NCBI GenBank assembly: GCA_036679645.1
Contig: JAZDCY010000056.1
Location: 64,001 to 128,000 of the forward strand
DNA length: 64,000 nt
Reading direction: 5' to 3'
Source of the DNA: Gemmatimonadota bacterium
GTDB taxonomy: Bacteria > Gemmatimonadota > Gemmatimonadetes > Gemmatimonadales > GWC2-71-9
The notes beneath the pieces were generated by a model. That model worked only from the letters and a program-made list of their open reading frames with translations. It did no database searches and was not told where the DNA came from. This document shows positions 49,334 to 58,756 of the stretch, piece after piece; position 1 is the first letter of the stretch, and every line of letters starts with the position of its first letter. The translations under genes and the position numbers were made by a program.

Positions 49334-50729
49334 ACGCGCCCTGCGGTGCGCGTTCTCGACACTCCTGCTGTGTACGACATCAGGCGCGGCAACAGCCCAA
49401 ACTCACGACGGTTCCGGCAACAGCTATTGGGGAACCATACCACCACCGCACGATTCGGTAAGCGCGGTATTCGCCAGCGGGCCACGCCCCGTCTGGGAAA
49501 CCGTCTTGCTCGTCCCATACTGGATCATGGGACTCCCGCTACGACTCCTCGCGGTCGGCGTCGGGGAAGGTGTCGAGTCCCTCGACGAGTCGGGCATTGC
49601 CAGTACGGTGGGTGGCTGGCTGGGTCCACGCACCGGACCGTTCGGGGTCGTCGTCAGCGCGCGGGCCGGCGGATTGAGTGGCGTCGGAGGCGGAGTGGCC
49701 GTTGAGCACACGGAGCTGTTCAATCGACCGGGTACCGCATTTCGCGGGCGGGTAGCCGGTACGTTCATCGGTGACTTTCGCGCGAGCGGCGCGGTGCGAG
49801 TCCCCTTCTCGGAACGCAGCCTGCTCGACGTGGGCACTGGGTATCGATTTCGCAACAGGGTTCGCTACTTCGGTATCGGGCCCGAGCGCGGCGCTGAGGA
49901 CGAATCGATATTCCGCCAACGTACATGGTGGCTGGGAGGCGAGGTCACCGGCGGCTGGGGAGATCAGATCACCGCGACCGCCAGCCTCGTGTTTACGAGT
50001 GTCAAGCCACTCGACGCGCGTGAACAGGACCAGAACAGCGACGACCCGCCTATCACCGTACGCTACGCAGACTCCCTGCCACCTGGCTTTGGCGAGACCT
50101 CTAACGGCATGGCTCTGGGGGCGGAGATCATGCACCAGGACGCGACGGATACTGGTAGGCCGATGAGTGGCGGTATCCGTCGTGCCATAGTCGGCTACTT
50201 TCGTGGGACCGGCGGCGAGACGACCGAGTTCTGGAACGTACGGGGAGAGCTGCAGCAGTTCGTGCCGCTGTGGTATCGACATCACGTACTCGCCCTTCGG
50301 CTGGCGACCTCGTGGATGCAGCAGATTGGCGACGCGCCCATTCCGTTCACTCGCCTCATCTCGAACGACGATCCGGACCTCCTGCGCGGCTTCGACGACT
50401 TTCGCTGGCGCGACCGTGGGCTCGCGGTGCTGTCAGCGGAGTACCGCTGGCCGTTGTGGGCGTATGAGCGTGCGCAAGGTGCGGGCCTCGACTTCTACCT
50501 GCTCACAGATGTGGGACAGGTCTTCAGCGACTTCGACGACATCCGCGGAGAGAACCTGACATTCTCGTATGGCGCCGGCCTGCGACTCGTCACTGCAGCG
50601 GGCTTCGCGCTGCGCATCGAGTATGCGCTCAGCAACGAGGACGTGGCGTTCCGCCTGCGTGGCGATCAGATCTTCCAGACCTTCCGAGGGGCGCTCTACC
50701 ATGGACGCGAACCGAACCCCGCGCGCTAG
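49314..50729 (+). CDS. Omp85/BamA-TamA-type beta-barrel protein without POTRA domains
   Basis: TTG start with signal peptide ending ATAQ; YFGIG, LRGFDDFRWRD (VRGF-like loop 6), SAEYRWP, DVGQV, YGAGLR. Confidence 0.75.
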   Translation: MHSASSRRALRCAFSTLLLCTTSGAATAQTHDGSGNSYWGTIPPPHDSVSAVFASGPRPVWETVLLVPYWIMGLPLRLLAVGVGEGVESLDESGIASTVGGWLGPRTGPFGVVVSARAGGLSGVGGGVAVEHTELFNRPGTAFRGRVAGTFIGDFRASGAVRVPFSERSLLDVGTGYRFRNRVRYFGIGPERGAEDESIFRQRTWWLGGEVTGGWGDQITATASLVFTSVKPLDAREQDQNSDDPPITVRYADSLPPGFGETSNGMALGAEIMHQDATDTGRPMSGGIRRAIVGYFRGTGGETTEFWNVRGELQQFVPLWYRHHVLALRLATSWMQQIGDAPIPFTRLISNDDPDLLRGFDDFRWRDRGLAVLSAEYRWPLWAYERAQGAGLDFYLLTDVGQVFSDFDDIRGENLTFSYGAGLRLVTAAGFALRIEYALSNEDVAFRLRGDQIFQTFRGALYHGREPNPAR

Positions 50730-52383
50730 GCTCGTCTCGCTGGCTGCGGGCGCGCTCCTGGTTTCCGCTTCGGGAGCGCTGCTCACGCCGTTGCGCGACG
50801 CTCCCGTCGCGTGGTACGCGGATGATATGCGCAACATAGCGGAACCCGCGGAACGCGAGCCGCACATCGTCCGCGCGGCGATCGACGCCACGCTATTCAG
50901 GCCGTTCGGTCGCTTCTTCCATCCCGGGCGGCTTGTCCGTCGGGTCGGTACTGCATTTGGAGGAGATCATGTTCCGGCCGCGGCGAACCTCAATGCGCTG
51001 GACGAGGTCCCGAATTCGAGTTGGTTCACGAATCGCCTCGGGCTCTTCCCGAGCGCTCCCGCCGTCGCCGCGCGGGGCCCAGCGGTGGGTGAAGGTCCAT
51101 CAGCCCCGTGGACGGTGATTCGCCCGAAGACGCAAGGTGTGACACCAGGGTTCGATATTCGGGACGCCAACGGACAGGTCTGGGTCATCAAGTTCGACGT
51201 TGCAGGATTCCCCTCGATGTCCACAGCCGCAGGGGTCATCGCGGGGCGGATCTTCCATGCGGCGGGGTACAACGTGCCTGACGATCGGGTCGTAACGTTC
51301 ACGCGCGACCAGCTCCAGGTCTCGCCCGATGCCGAGATGCGCGAGGGTGACGACCGCCGTCAAATGACCCATGCCGATCTGGACGAGCTACTGGCGCGCG
51401 TGGAGCGCAATCCGGACGGGAGCTGGCGCGCTCTCGCGAGCAGGTTCCTTTCCGGTACGCCGGTTGGGCGCTTCGACTGGCGAGGACGGAGGCGAGACGA
51501 TCCCAACGATCGGGTCAACCATGAGAACCGACGTGAGATTCGCGGTCTAGCGGTCTTCGCCGCGTGGCTCTGCCACTACGACACCAAGCAGGGGAACACG
51601 CTCGACATGTACGTCGAGGAAGATGGGCGTCGCTTCGTCCGTCACTACCTCATCGACTTTGCCTCCACCCTTGGGGCGGGCGGGACCGGTCCCTTCCCCG
51701 CCGCCTGCTACGAGTACTCATTCGATTTCGGTGCTTCGTTCCTCCGTGTCCTGTCACTGGGCGTCTACCAGGACCCCTGGCGGCGGCTCGAGCGTCCCGA
51801 GGGGCTCGATGAGATTGGATACTACGAGAGCGAGGTCTTCTCCCCTCGCGGGTTCAAGCCACTCGAGCCGAACGCCGCCTTCGCCAATCTGACGGATCGG
51901 GATGGCTATTGGGCAGCGAAAATCATATCAGCGTTCACGGACGCGCACCTGGAAGCGATGGTTGCGGGGGGACGCTACCGCACGCCGGAGGCGGCGCGTT
52001 GGATGCGGCGCGTGCTGGCAGAGCGGCGCGACGAGATCGTGCGGTACTGGTTCAGCCGGGTACCACCGCTGGATTTCTTCACGTACCATGACGGGACAGT
52101 GCGATTTCACGATCTCGGGACGAGAAGCGGGATCTTTTCGGGGTCCGAGACGCGTTACCGTCTGAGGGTGGCCTACGCGACGCCGACGCGCGACCTTGGT
52201 CCCACGACCGACTGGCTCGAACTCGAGCGGACGGAGACGGCGCTCTCGCAGATCGCAATCCCGGGCACCCCGGAGCCGTTCATAGCGATCGAGACCCAGC
52301 TCACACGGGGGGCGCGCTGGAGCCATTCGGTGACCGTGTTCATCGCGGCCGCGAGCGGGCGCGTTGTTGCGCTCGAACGATAG
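50701..52383 (+). CDS. Exported protein with atypical kinase-like motifs
   Basis: N-terminal hydrophobic segment; DEVPNSSWF, GVTPGF, WVIKFD, WLCHYDTKQGN, YLIDFASTLG. Confidence 0.7.
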   Translation: MDANRTPRARLVSLAAGALLVSASGALLTPLRDAPVAWYADDMRNIAEPAEREPHIVRAAIDATLFRPFGRFFHPGRLVRRVGTAFGGDHVPAAANLNALDEVPNSSWFTNRLGLFPSAPAVAARGPAVGEGPSAPWTVIRPKTQGVTPGFDIRDANGQVWVIKFDVAGFPSMSTAAGVIAGRIFHAAGYNVPDDRVVTFTRDQLQVSPDAEMREGDDRRQMTHADLDELLARVERNPDGSWRALASRFLSGTPVGRFDWRGRRRDDPNDRVNHENRREIRGLAVFAAWLCHYDTKQGNTLDMYVEEDGRRFVRHYLIDFASTLGAGGTGPFPAACYEYSFDFGASFLRVLSLGVYQDPWRRLERPEGLDEIGYYESEVFSPRGFKPLEPNAAFANLTDRDGYWAAKIISAFTDAHLEAMVAGGRYRTPEAARWMRRVLAERRDEIVRYWFSRVPPLDFFTYHDGTVRFHDLGTRSGIFSGSETRYRLRVAYATPTRDLGPTTDWLELERTETALSQIAIPGTPEPFIAIETQLTRGARWSHSVTVFIAAASGRVVALER

Positions 52384-52393
52384 GGAGAATCAG

Positions 52394-53890
52394 ATGGCTA
52401 CGAACGCTTCGCGGGATGGCCAAGCAAGCGCCGTAGATCGTTTTCTGCGCCTGTTCACAGAGGTGCGGGGCGGCGAGAGCACGACGGCGCTGCTGCTCGC
52501 GCTCAATGTTTTCTTGTTCCTGATGGCCTACTCTGTCATAAAAGTGCTCCGAGAACCCCTCATCCTGGCCGGTGGGGGAGACACGCTGAGCGGCGCCCAG
52601 CTCAAGGCGTACACGGCCGCCGGCTCGGTGTTGCTGTTGGCGGTCATCGTCCCCCTGTACGGGGAACTCGCCGGCCGCGTTCCCCGGCGCCGTTTGATCA
52701 ATATCGTAAGTGCGATATTCGTGCTGGCGCTCGGCGGATTCTTCCTGCTGGCCCAAACCGGTCTTAGCGTCGGGATTCCCTTCTTCATCTTCGTCGCGAT
52801 CTTCAGCGTGATGATCATCGCCCAGTTCTGGGCGTTCGCGAACGACGTCTATACGGAAGAGGAAGGAAAACGCCTCTTCCCCATCGTGGGCTTTGGTATG
52901 TCGGCTGGAGCGATCGCCGGGGTGTCGGTTACAATAGCGCTCGAACCGCTGGGGCTCAACGTGCTCTTTCTCCTCTCGGCCGGGGTGCTCGTCCTGGCTA
53001 CCGCGATGACCAACCTGATCGACCACCGCGAGCGACGCCGCACCGAAGCAACCGTACCGGATGCCATGACGAGTGGATTCCTGCCGGCGGCGACGGGGCA
53101 GTTCCGTGCGGCGACGGGAGAACTCAAGGCCACCGCCGAGAGTGAGGAGTACCAACGTGAGACCGGCACCTTCCGGACGGTCAAGCCCGGACAATCCATC
53201 GAGGAGACCGAGAAGGAACAGATCGAAAGCACCGCGGGCGCCTTCGCCCTGGTCTTCCGCAACCGGTACCTGCTCCTCATAGCACTCCTGGTCATGCTAC
53301 TGAACTGGGTCAACACGAACGGGGGGTTCTTCCTGGATGACTTCATCACGCGGAGCGCGGAAGCGACCGTGGCCGACAATCCCCAAAGCGACCTCAGCAC
53401 GGGTGAAATCATAGGTTCGTTCTACGCACGATTCTATTTGGTCGTGAACATCGCCACGCTCTTGATCCAGGGCTTTGCGGTATCGCGCATCATCAAGTAC
53501 TTCGGTGCACGAGGAGCGATCCTCTTTCTGCCGATCATCGCGCTTGGCGCGTACACGCTCGTGGCCTTCATCCCAGTGCTGGCCGTCGCACGGTGGGCCA
53601 AGACCGCGGAGAACAGTATCGATTACTCACTCAACAACACGGTGCGCAACGTGCTGTTCCTGCCGACGACGCGGGAGGAGAAGTACAAGGGCAAGCAGGT
53701 CACGGACGCCTTCTCCCAGCGCGCCGGCGATGTCCTGAGCTCCGCGACGGTGTTCGTGCTGACGGGCCTGCTGGGCTTTGGAGGAATCGCCCTCGTGTAC
53801 CTCAACATCCCGCTGGTGATCATCTGGCTGATCATCGCGGTGGCACTCGGGCGCCGGTACGGACGCCTCGCGGCCGCAACGGGGACCTAG
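52394..53890 (+). CDS. NTT/TLC-family (Npt1/Npt2-like) nucleotide transporter
   Basis: ~12 TMs; KVLREPL, QFWAFANDVY..EEGKRLFP, DYSLNNT...LFLP..REEKYKGK..D....R.GD; RBS GGGAG. Confidence 0.85.
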   Translation: MATNASRDGQASAVDRFLRLFTEVRGGESTTALLLALNVFLFLMAYSVIKVLREPLILAGGGDTLSGAQLKAYTAAGSVLLLAVIVPLYGELAGRVPRRRLINIVSAIFVLALGGFFLLAQTGLSVGIPFFIFVAIFSVMIIAQFWAFANDVYTEEEGKRLFPIVGFGMSAGAIAGVSVTIALEPLGLNVLFLLSAGVLVLATAMTNLIDHRERRRTEATVPDAMTSGFLPAATGQFRAATGELKATAESEEYQRETGTFRTVKPGQSIEETEKEQIESTAGAFALVFRNRYLLLIALLVMLLNWVNTNGGFFLDDFITRSAEATVADNPQSDLSTGEIIGSFYARFYLVVNIATLLIQGFAVSRIIKYFGARGAILFLPIIALGAYTLVAFIPVLAVARWAKTAENSIDYSLNNTVRNVLFLPTTREEKYKGKQVTDAFSQRAGDVLSSATVFVLTGLLGFGGIALVYLNIPLVIIWLIIAVALGRRYGRLAAATGT

Positions 53891-56172
53891 TCGGCCTCGG
53901 ACCGCCGTTTCTTGCGGAGTGCCTCGAGGTCTATCACGATCGAGGCGTTCGACTGCAGCAGGTCATTCAACACCGTATCGGCCGAACGGCGTTCGGTGGT
54001 CTGCTTCCGCGTATCCTCGAGAAACGGCCACAGGGCCTTGCGAATTTCATCCGGCAGCGCACTCTCCAGGTATTCGAGCGCGGTGCCGCGGAGGTGCGCG
54101 TCTTCCGTATGCAGGCCCCGGAACGCGATCTTGAGCGGCTGACGGGGCAAGACGAGCGCAAGCATCGTAAACACGTGCTCGAGGCTGCGATTCGCTCGCT
54201 GTCGCAGCATCTCATCCATGACCGGAGACCAGGACTCGTCTTCCATCTGATCCAGGATGCGATGGCTCTTCCACACCCCCTGATCGACGGCAACCTCACT
54301 GAGCACCGCCTCCTCCACCCGTTGCCGGCTGATGACCAGCTTGGGATTCCGATCCAGGAGGCGTGACAGAGCGCGGCCACAGCGGTACCTCACCTCGAAG
54401 CGCGAGTCGCGCAGCGCGCTCAGAAGCCCATCCACGGCGCGCCGATTGGGGCATGACGCGAGGACGAGCGGAAGCCGCCGCCGCACGGCGAAGTCCTCAT
54501 CGGGATCGAGCAGCCGATCGCACAATTGCCCGGTCGCGCGTGGTGCGACGTCGCGCAGGGTCGCAATAACGTCCTGAGCCACAGCGTCCCACGCGAGTAG
54601 CGGCACCGCATATGCGACGAGTGAGAGCGGGAACGGGCGGGTCGCGAGCACTCTGCGAACCGCGGTCGCGTCGCGAGACCGCAACTCGCCGATCTGCGCG
54701 AATTCCGGCGTGAGGGTGACCGCCGACGGCGAGGACCGCGCCGGCACCGCCGGCCGCTGCGCAGATGCGCGGACCTCTTTCAATGCCGGTCCGCTCGTAT
54801 CGAATAGCGTCATACCCAACGCCCCGGCCGTCTGCAGCAATGCCGTGCGGGTAGCCGCCTCGCGCGCCTCAGCGAGATCCAACTGCCCTGCGCGCGATAG
54901 AAGACTCCGTTCCAGGGCCTTCACGTAACCGCGCTGCAGACGAATGGCGAGCATGGCACCAACGAGTGACACGGCGATCGTGAGTCCCAACAGGACTCCG
55001 GTCACCGCGCCGACCGCGACCGCGACGATGGTAACCTGAACGATCGCGCCCCCGATCACATCTCCGAGCCGAACCGCGCCGACGTCTACCAATACCTTGG
55101 TCGCGCGTTTCTGGCGCGGGGCGAGCGGAGCGAACAGCATCTCGTAGCCGGCTCGGTATAGCCCGTTCCGCATCACAGACTCGGCGCCCCGGACACCGAT
55201 GATCATGCCGAGCCGGGGCGCGACGAGCGCAGCCGCTCCACCGAGCGCTATGGTTGAGGGAAGGAGAGCAACCGTACGCCCGAGTCCCAACCGCTCCAGC
55301 GACAGGCGACTTCCGACCGCCTGCACGATCACCGTGAGAAGGGCGACGCCGGTATAGAACACCGCAAAGAAACGCAGCAGGGATTCCCCACTGCCGAACG
55401 ACGCGGTCGCGCGCGCCTTGAACACGTAGTCGATGAGTCCTTCGCCAATCGTCGTGACGAGTACGAGTGCGACCAGACCACGCAGGTATCCTGTTCGAGC
55501 CAGGAGCTTGACGCCGGCGAACGTGCTCTTCTCGGTGCGGGCTCCTGCGCGTACCGCGACACCGCCGCCGCGACGCACTCCTAGGACCGTTACCGCACAC
55601 AGGACGTGCAGTGCGGCGAGGATTGGAAGCATGGCGGTTATCGAAAGGAGCGCAGCGGATCGTTCGGCGAGAATTCCCCCAAGCAGCCCACCAACGGTAC
55701 CACCCGCCGCTATCCGTCCGATCTGACGTTTCGCCGTACGCGGGTCGAAGCGCTCGCTCACGATCGACCAGAAACCGGAGATCAGGACCGCACCGAGACC
55801 GGAGAAGTGGAAGTACACGGCAACCGCGACCGGCCGGCGGAAGGTATCCACGAACATCCACTCCGTGAGGAGCAGCGCACCGCTCACCAGGAACGCCAGC
55901 GGGACCACCCGTGCCGGGCCGAGCGTCATCAGGACGCGCGTCGTGCCAAACGCGAGCAACACCGACACCACCGCCGCGGCCATGACCATCGCCGGCAACG
56001 CCGAGATATCGAAGCTCGACAGGAACAGCGCGTCACGAGTCGCCTTGGCTGCCATCTGGAAGGCGATCATGACGGTGGCCGTCAGCGTCGCAGCAAAAAC
56101 CGCGGAACGGAGATCCCGATCAGCGGTGATGGTCAGGCTCCGATGGGGCAGGTGTGAGGGTGACAGGCACAC
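53887..56172 (-). CDS. NTT/TLC-family transporter fused to C-terminal HEAT repeats (start uncertain)
   Basis: KATRDALFL, FWSIVSERFDPRTAKR, EMLFAPL...KRATK..VD....R.GD; HEAT-like DPDEDFAVRRR, DSRFEVRYRC, LRGTALEYLE. Confidence 0.82.
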   Translation of the reverse strand: MCLSPSHLPHRSLTITADRDLRSAVFAATLTATVMIAFQMAAKATRDALFLSSFDISALPAMVMAAAVVSVLLAFGTTRVLMTLGPARVVPLAFLVSGALLLTEWMFVDTFRRPVAVAVYFHFSGLGAVLISGFWSIVSERFDPRTAKRQIGRIAAGGTVGGLLGGILAERSAALLSITAMLPILAALHVLCAVTVLGVRRGGGVAVRAGARTEKSTFAGVKLLARTGYLRGLVALVLVTTIGEGLIDYVFKARATASFGSGESLLRFFAVFYTGVALLTVIVQAVGSRLSLERLGLGRTVALLPSTIALGGAAALVAPRLGMIIGVRGAESVMRNGLYRAGYEMLFAPLAPRQKRATKVLVDVGAVRLGDVIGGAIVQVTIVAVAVGAVTGVLLGLTIAVSLVGAMLAIRLQRGYVKALERSLLSRAGQLDLAEAREAATRTALLQTAGALGMTLFDTSGPALKEVRASAQRPAVPARSSPSAVTLTPEFAQIGELRSRDATAVRRVLATRPFPLSLVAYAVPLLAWDAVAQDVIATLRDVAPRATGQLCDRLLDPDEDFAVRRRLPLVLASCPNRRAVDGLLSALRDSRFEVRYRCGRALSRLLDRNPKLVISRQRVEEAVLSEVAVDQGVWKSHRILDQMEDESWSPVMDEMLRQRANRSLEHVFTMLALVLPRQPLKIAFRGLHTEDAHLRGTALEYLESALPDEIRKALWPFLEDTRKQTTERRSADTVLNDLLQSNASIVIDLEALRKKRRSEAD

Positions 56173-56476
56173 CGGCGCGCACGTCTAGCGCCAACGCGGC
56201 CGATCCATCACGCACGGCAATCTCGACGGTGCCGTTAGATCCGACGAAGGCCAGCAATGCCCCGACCACCAGATGAACCGTCCCTTTGGAAAACCGTTGC
56301 CAACTGCGCGCCAAGAGGTACGTAGCCGAAGACACATCACCCAGCGAGAGATCATGCGTAATGTCTACGAAGCGGATCGTGGGATCGATGCCGAGCATGG
56401 CGGCCTTCATCTCGGCCACGTAGGCATCGGCGGTGCCGAAATAAGTGAGGAGGGTGACGAGCGGCACTCCGCTCAA
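56120..56476 (-). pseudogene. Internally deleted SAM-dependent halogenase/SAM hydroxide adenosyltransferase (DUF62) remnant
   Basis: Family N-terminus (VTLLTYFGTAD.YV, VDITH, GTVHLVV) joins directly to the family C-terminus (GSNGTVEIAVRDGSAA). Only 118 aa; the conserved TDFG reads TYFG. Confidence 0.75.
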
Positions 56477-56480
56477 CGGA

Positions 56481-57593
56481 TCACCCCGTCACAATGGGGA
56501 GGGAGATCGAGCGGCCCGCCTTCTTCTTCACCGCTCGCGCCATCTCGAGCAATGCCACCGCAGCGGCAGATTCGGGTTCCGCCACGACAATGGGTGTCCC
56601 GCTGTCGCCAAGGTTTGGCAAGCCAGCCTGCAGCGGAATCTGCCCCAGGAGGGGTACACCAACTTCCCGGGCAAGGCGCTCGCCGCCACCCGAGAGAAAG
56701 ATCTCGGTACGTTCTCCACAGTGGGGGCACGCGAAGTAGCTCATGTTCTCCACGATCCCCAACACGGGCACGCCAACGCGATCGAACATCTTCGCGCTGC
56801 GCAACGCGTCACCGATTGCAACCTCCTGCGGGGTCGTGACGATGACCGCCCCGGTGAGCTGGATCGCCTGCGCCAGTGAGAGCTGCGCATCGCCCGTACC
56901 AGGCGGCATGTCGACGATCAGGTAGTCGAGCACGCCCCATAGCACGTCGCGCAGAAACTGCTGGATCACCTTCGTAATGATGGGACCGCGCCAGATTGCC
57001 GGCTGGTCGCGCTCAATCAGTAGTCCCAACGAAATAAGCTTCAGGCCGTGCGCCTCGAGCGGCACGATCTTGTCGCCCGACACGACGGGACGCTCGGTTA
57101 CACCAAACATGCGTGGGATATTCGGGCCGTAGACGTCTGCGTCCATCAGGCCGACCGTGGAGCCGGCGGCGGCGAGCGCAGTGGCCAGGTTCGCCGCGAT
57201 GGTCGATTTACCGACACCGCCCTTGCCAGACGACACCGCGATGATCTTGCCCAGGTCGCCAGCCTCGGCCGGCTGCGGCCCCGCCGGCTGGGCCGGCCCC
57301 GGTCCCGCAACGGGCTGAGCGCCGCTAGGTGGCGCCGGTGCCGCCGCCCCCTGCGGCTCAACCACGTCTATCCGAACGGCGGTGACGCCATCGACCTGCT
57401 GCACCGCACGCCTGGCCTCCCGCACGAGCGACGCGGGCTCCTCGCGCCCCAAGGCGAACGTGAACGACACGACCCCATCGTCGGAGACGCTGAGCTGTTG
57501 CACCATCCCCGCCGAGATGACGTCGTTGTTGACGCGCTGGCTGCGAACGTTGGTCAGGGCGCCAGCGACGCGGGCCTCGAGAGTGTTTGGCAT
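56481..57593 (-). CDS. mrp: Mrp/ApbC/NBP35 Fe-S cluster carrier ATPase
   Basis: SGKGGVGKST, DADVYGP, WRGP, DMPPGTGD, VTTPQ, ENMS..CPHC. Confidence 0.93.
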   Translation of the reverse strand: MPNTLEARVAGALTNVRSQRVNNDVISAGMVQQLSVSDDGVVSFTFALGREEPASLVREARRAVQQVDGVTAVRIDVVEPQGAAAPAPPSGAQPVAGPGPAQPAGPQPAEAGDLGKIIAVSSGKGGVGKSTIAANLATALAAAGSTVGLMDADVYGPNIPRMFGVTERPVVSGDKIVPLEAHGLKLISLGLLIERDQPAIWRGPIITKVIQQFLRDVLWGVLDYLIVDMPPGTGDAQLSLAQAIQLTGAVIVTTPQEVAIGDALRSAKMFDRVGVPVLGIVENMSYFACPHCGERTEIFLSGGGERLAREVGVPLLGQIPLQAGLPNLGDSGTPIVVAEPESAAAVALLEMARAVKKKAGRSISLPIVTG

Positions 57594-57602
57594 GAGGCTA
57601 AT

Positions 57603-58646
57603 CTAGACGCTCAGCGTCTCGCGGGCCGCCTCGAGCACCTTCGCCTGGACATCTCCCATCGACCCTTTCAGGGAGGCCCCGGCAGCCTTGGGATGTCCAC
57701 CGCCCCCAAACCGACCGGCGAGAACGGTGACGTCGACGGCACCGACCGACCGAAACGACACCTTGATGCGCCCGTTGTCGATTGCACGGAACAACATGGC
57801 CAGGCGAACACCGTCGATGGAACGTGGGAACTCGACGGCCCCCTCGAGCTCTTCTGCCGAGACACCGTGTCGCTCAAACGCGCCGCTCGGCACCGTGATC
57901 CACGCCAACCCCGGAGGCAACTCGACGACGAGCGTTTCCAGGACCTCCGCGAGCAGGCGAAGTCGGCCTTCGGGGGCCGACGCGTACACCCGCGTGTAGA
58001 TCTCTTCGGCGCTCAGTCCCTGCGAGAGGAGATCTGCCGCCACGTGAAGCGCGCGCGGCGTCGTATTACTGAAGCGGAACCCACCGGTGTCGGTGAGGAT
58101 CGCGATGTACAGCGCCAGCGCAGCCGGCCGCGGCAGCTCCCAGCCCGCCGTGCGCGCCAGGTCGTAGACAAGCTCACCCGTGGCACTCGCCGCAGAGTCC
58201 ACGAGCCGCGGCCCCGATGGCAGCACGCCGTCACTGGTGTGGTGGTCGATGCACGCCACGGGCACGCTGAGCCGTCTGAGACGGTCCGCCAGGTGTCCCA
58301 ACCGCCCGGCGTCGGAGATGTCGAGCACGATCACGAGATCCGCTCGATCCAGCTCCTTCACTGCCTTCGCGGACCGGTCCGCGCCGTTCGTCCCGTCGAG
58401 CAGAAATGTGTAGCGCTGCGGAAAGGGGGTCGGATTGGCGATGGTGACGTTCGCGCCCAGACGATCCAGGAGGTGCCACATGGCCACACCGCTCCCGGCG
58501 CCGTCACCGTCGGCGTTGACGTGCGTCGTAAGCACGACGCGCATCCCCGGGCGGATCGCCTCGACGATTGCTGCCGCACCGGCCCGCCGCGACGTGGGCA
58601 CCTCGAAGGTCCCGACGGGCAGAGACGAAGATTCATTGCTCGGCAT
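57603..58646 (-). CDS. nrnA: DHH/DHHA1 oligoribonuclease/pAp phosphatase (NrnA-like)
   Basis: HVNADGDG, IDHH, TDTGGFRF, SFRS, GGGHPKAAG. Confidence 0.88.
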   Translation of the reverse strand: MPSNESSSLPVGTFEVPTSRRAGAAAIVEAIRPGMRVVLTTHVNADGDGAGSGVAMWHLLDRLGANVTIANPTPFPQRYTFLLDGTNGADRSAKAVKELDRADLVIVLDISDAGRLGHLADRLRRLSVPVACIDHHTSDGVLPSGPRLVDSAASATGELVYDLARTAGWELPRPAALALYIAILTDTGGFRFSNTTPRALHVAADLLSQGLSAEEIYTRVYASAPEGRLRLLAEVLETLVVELPPGLAWITVPSGAFERHGVSAEELEGAVEFPRSIDGVRLAMLFRAIDNGRIKVSFRSVGAVDVTVLAGRFGGGGHPKAAGASLKGSMGDVQAKVLEAARETLSV

Positions 58647-58756
58647 GGGTCCAACAATACCACGCCGCGGCACGAATGCGAAGCGACGCGGTGCCCTTGC
58701 ACACGGGTGTCCGCCGCGCCCATCTTGGGACCTCCTCGACCCATCACGGGAGACCA

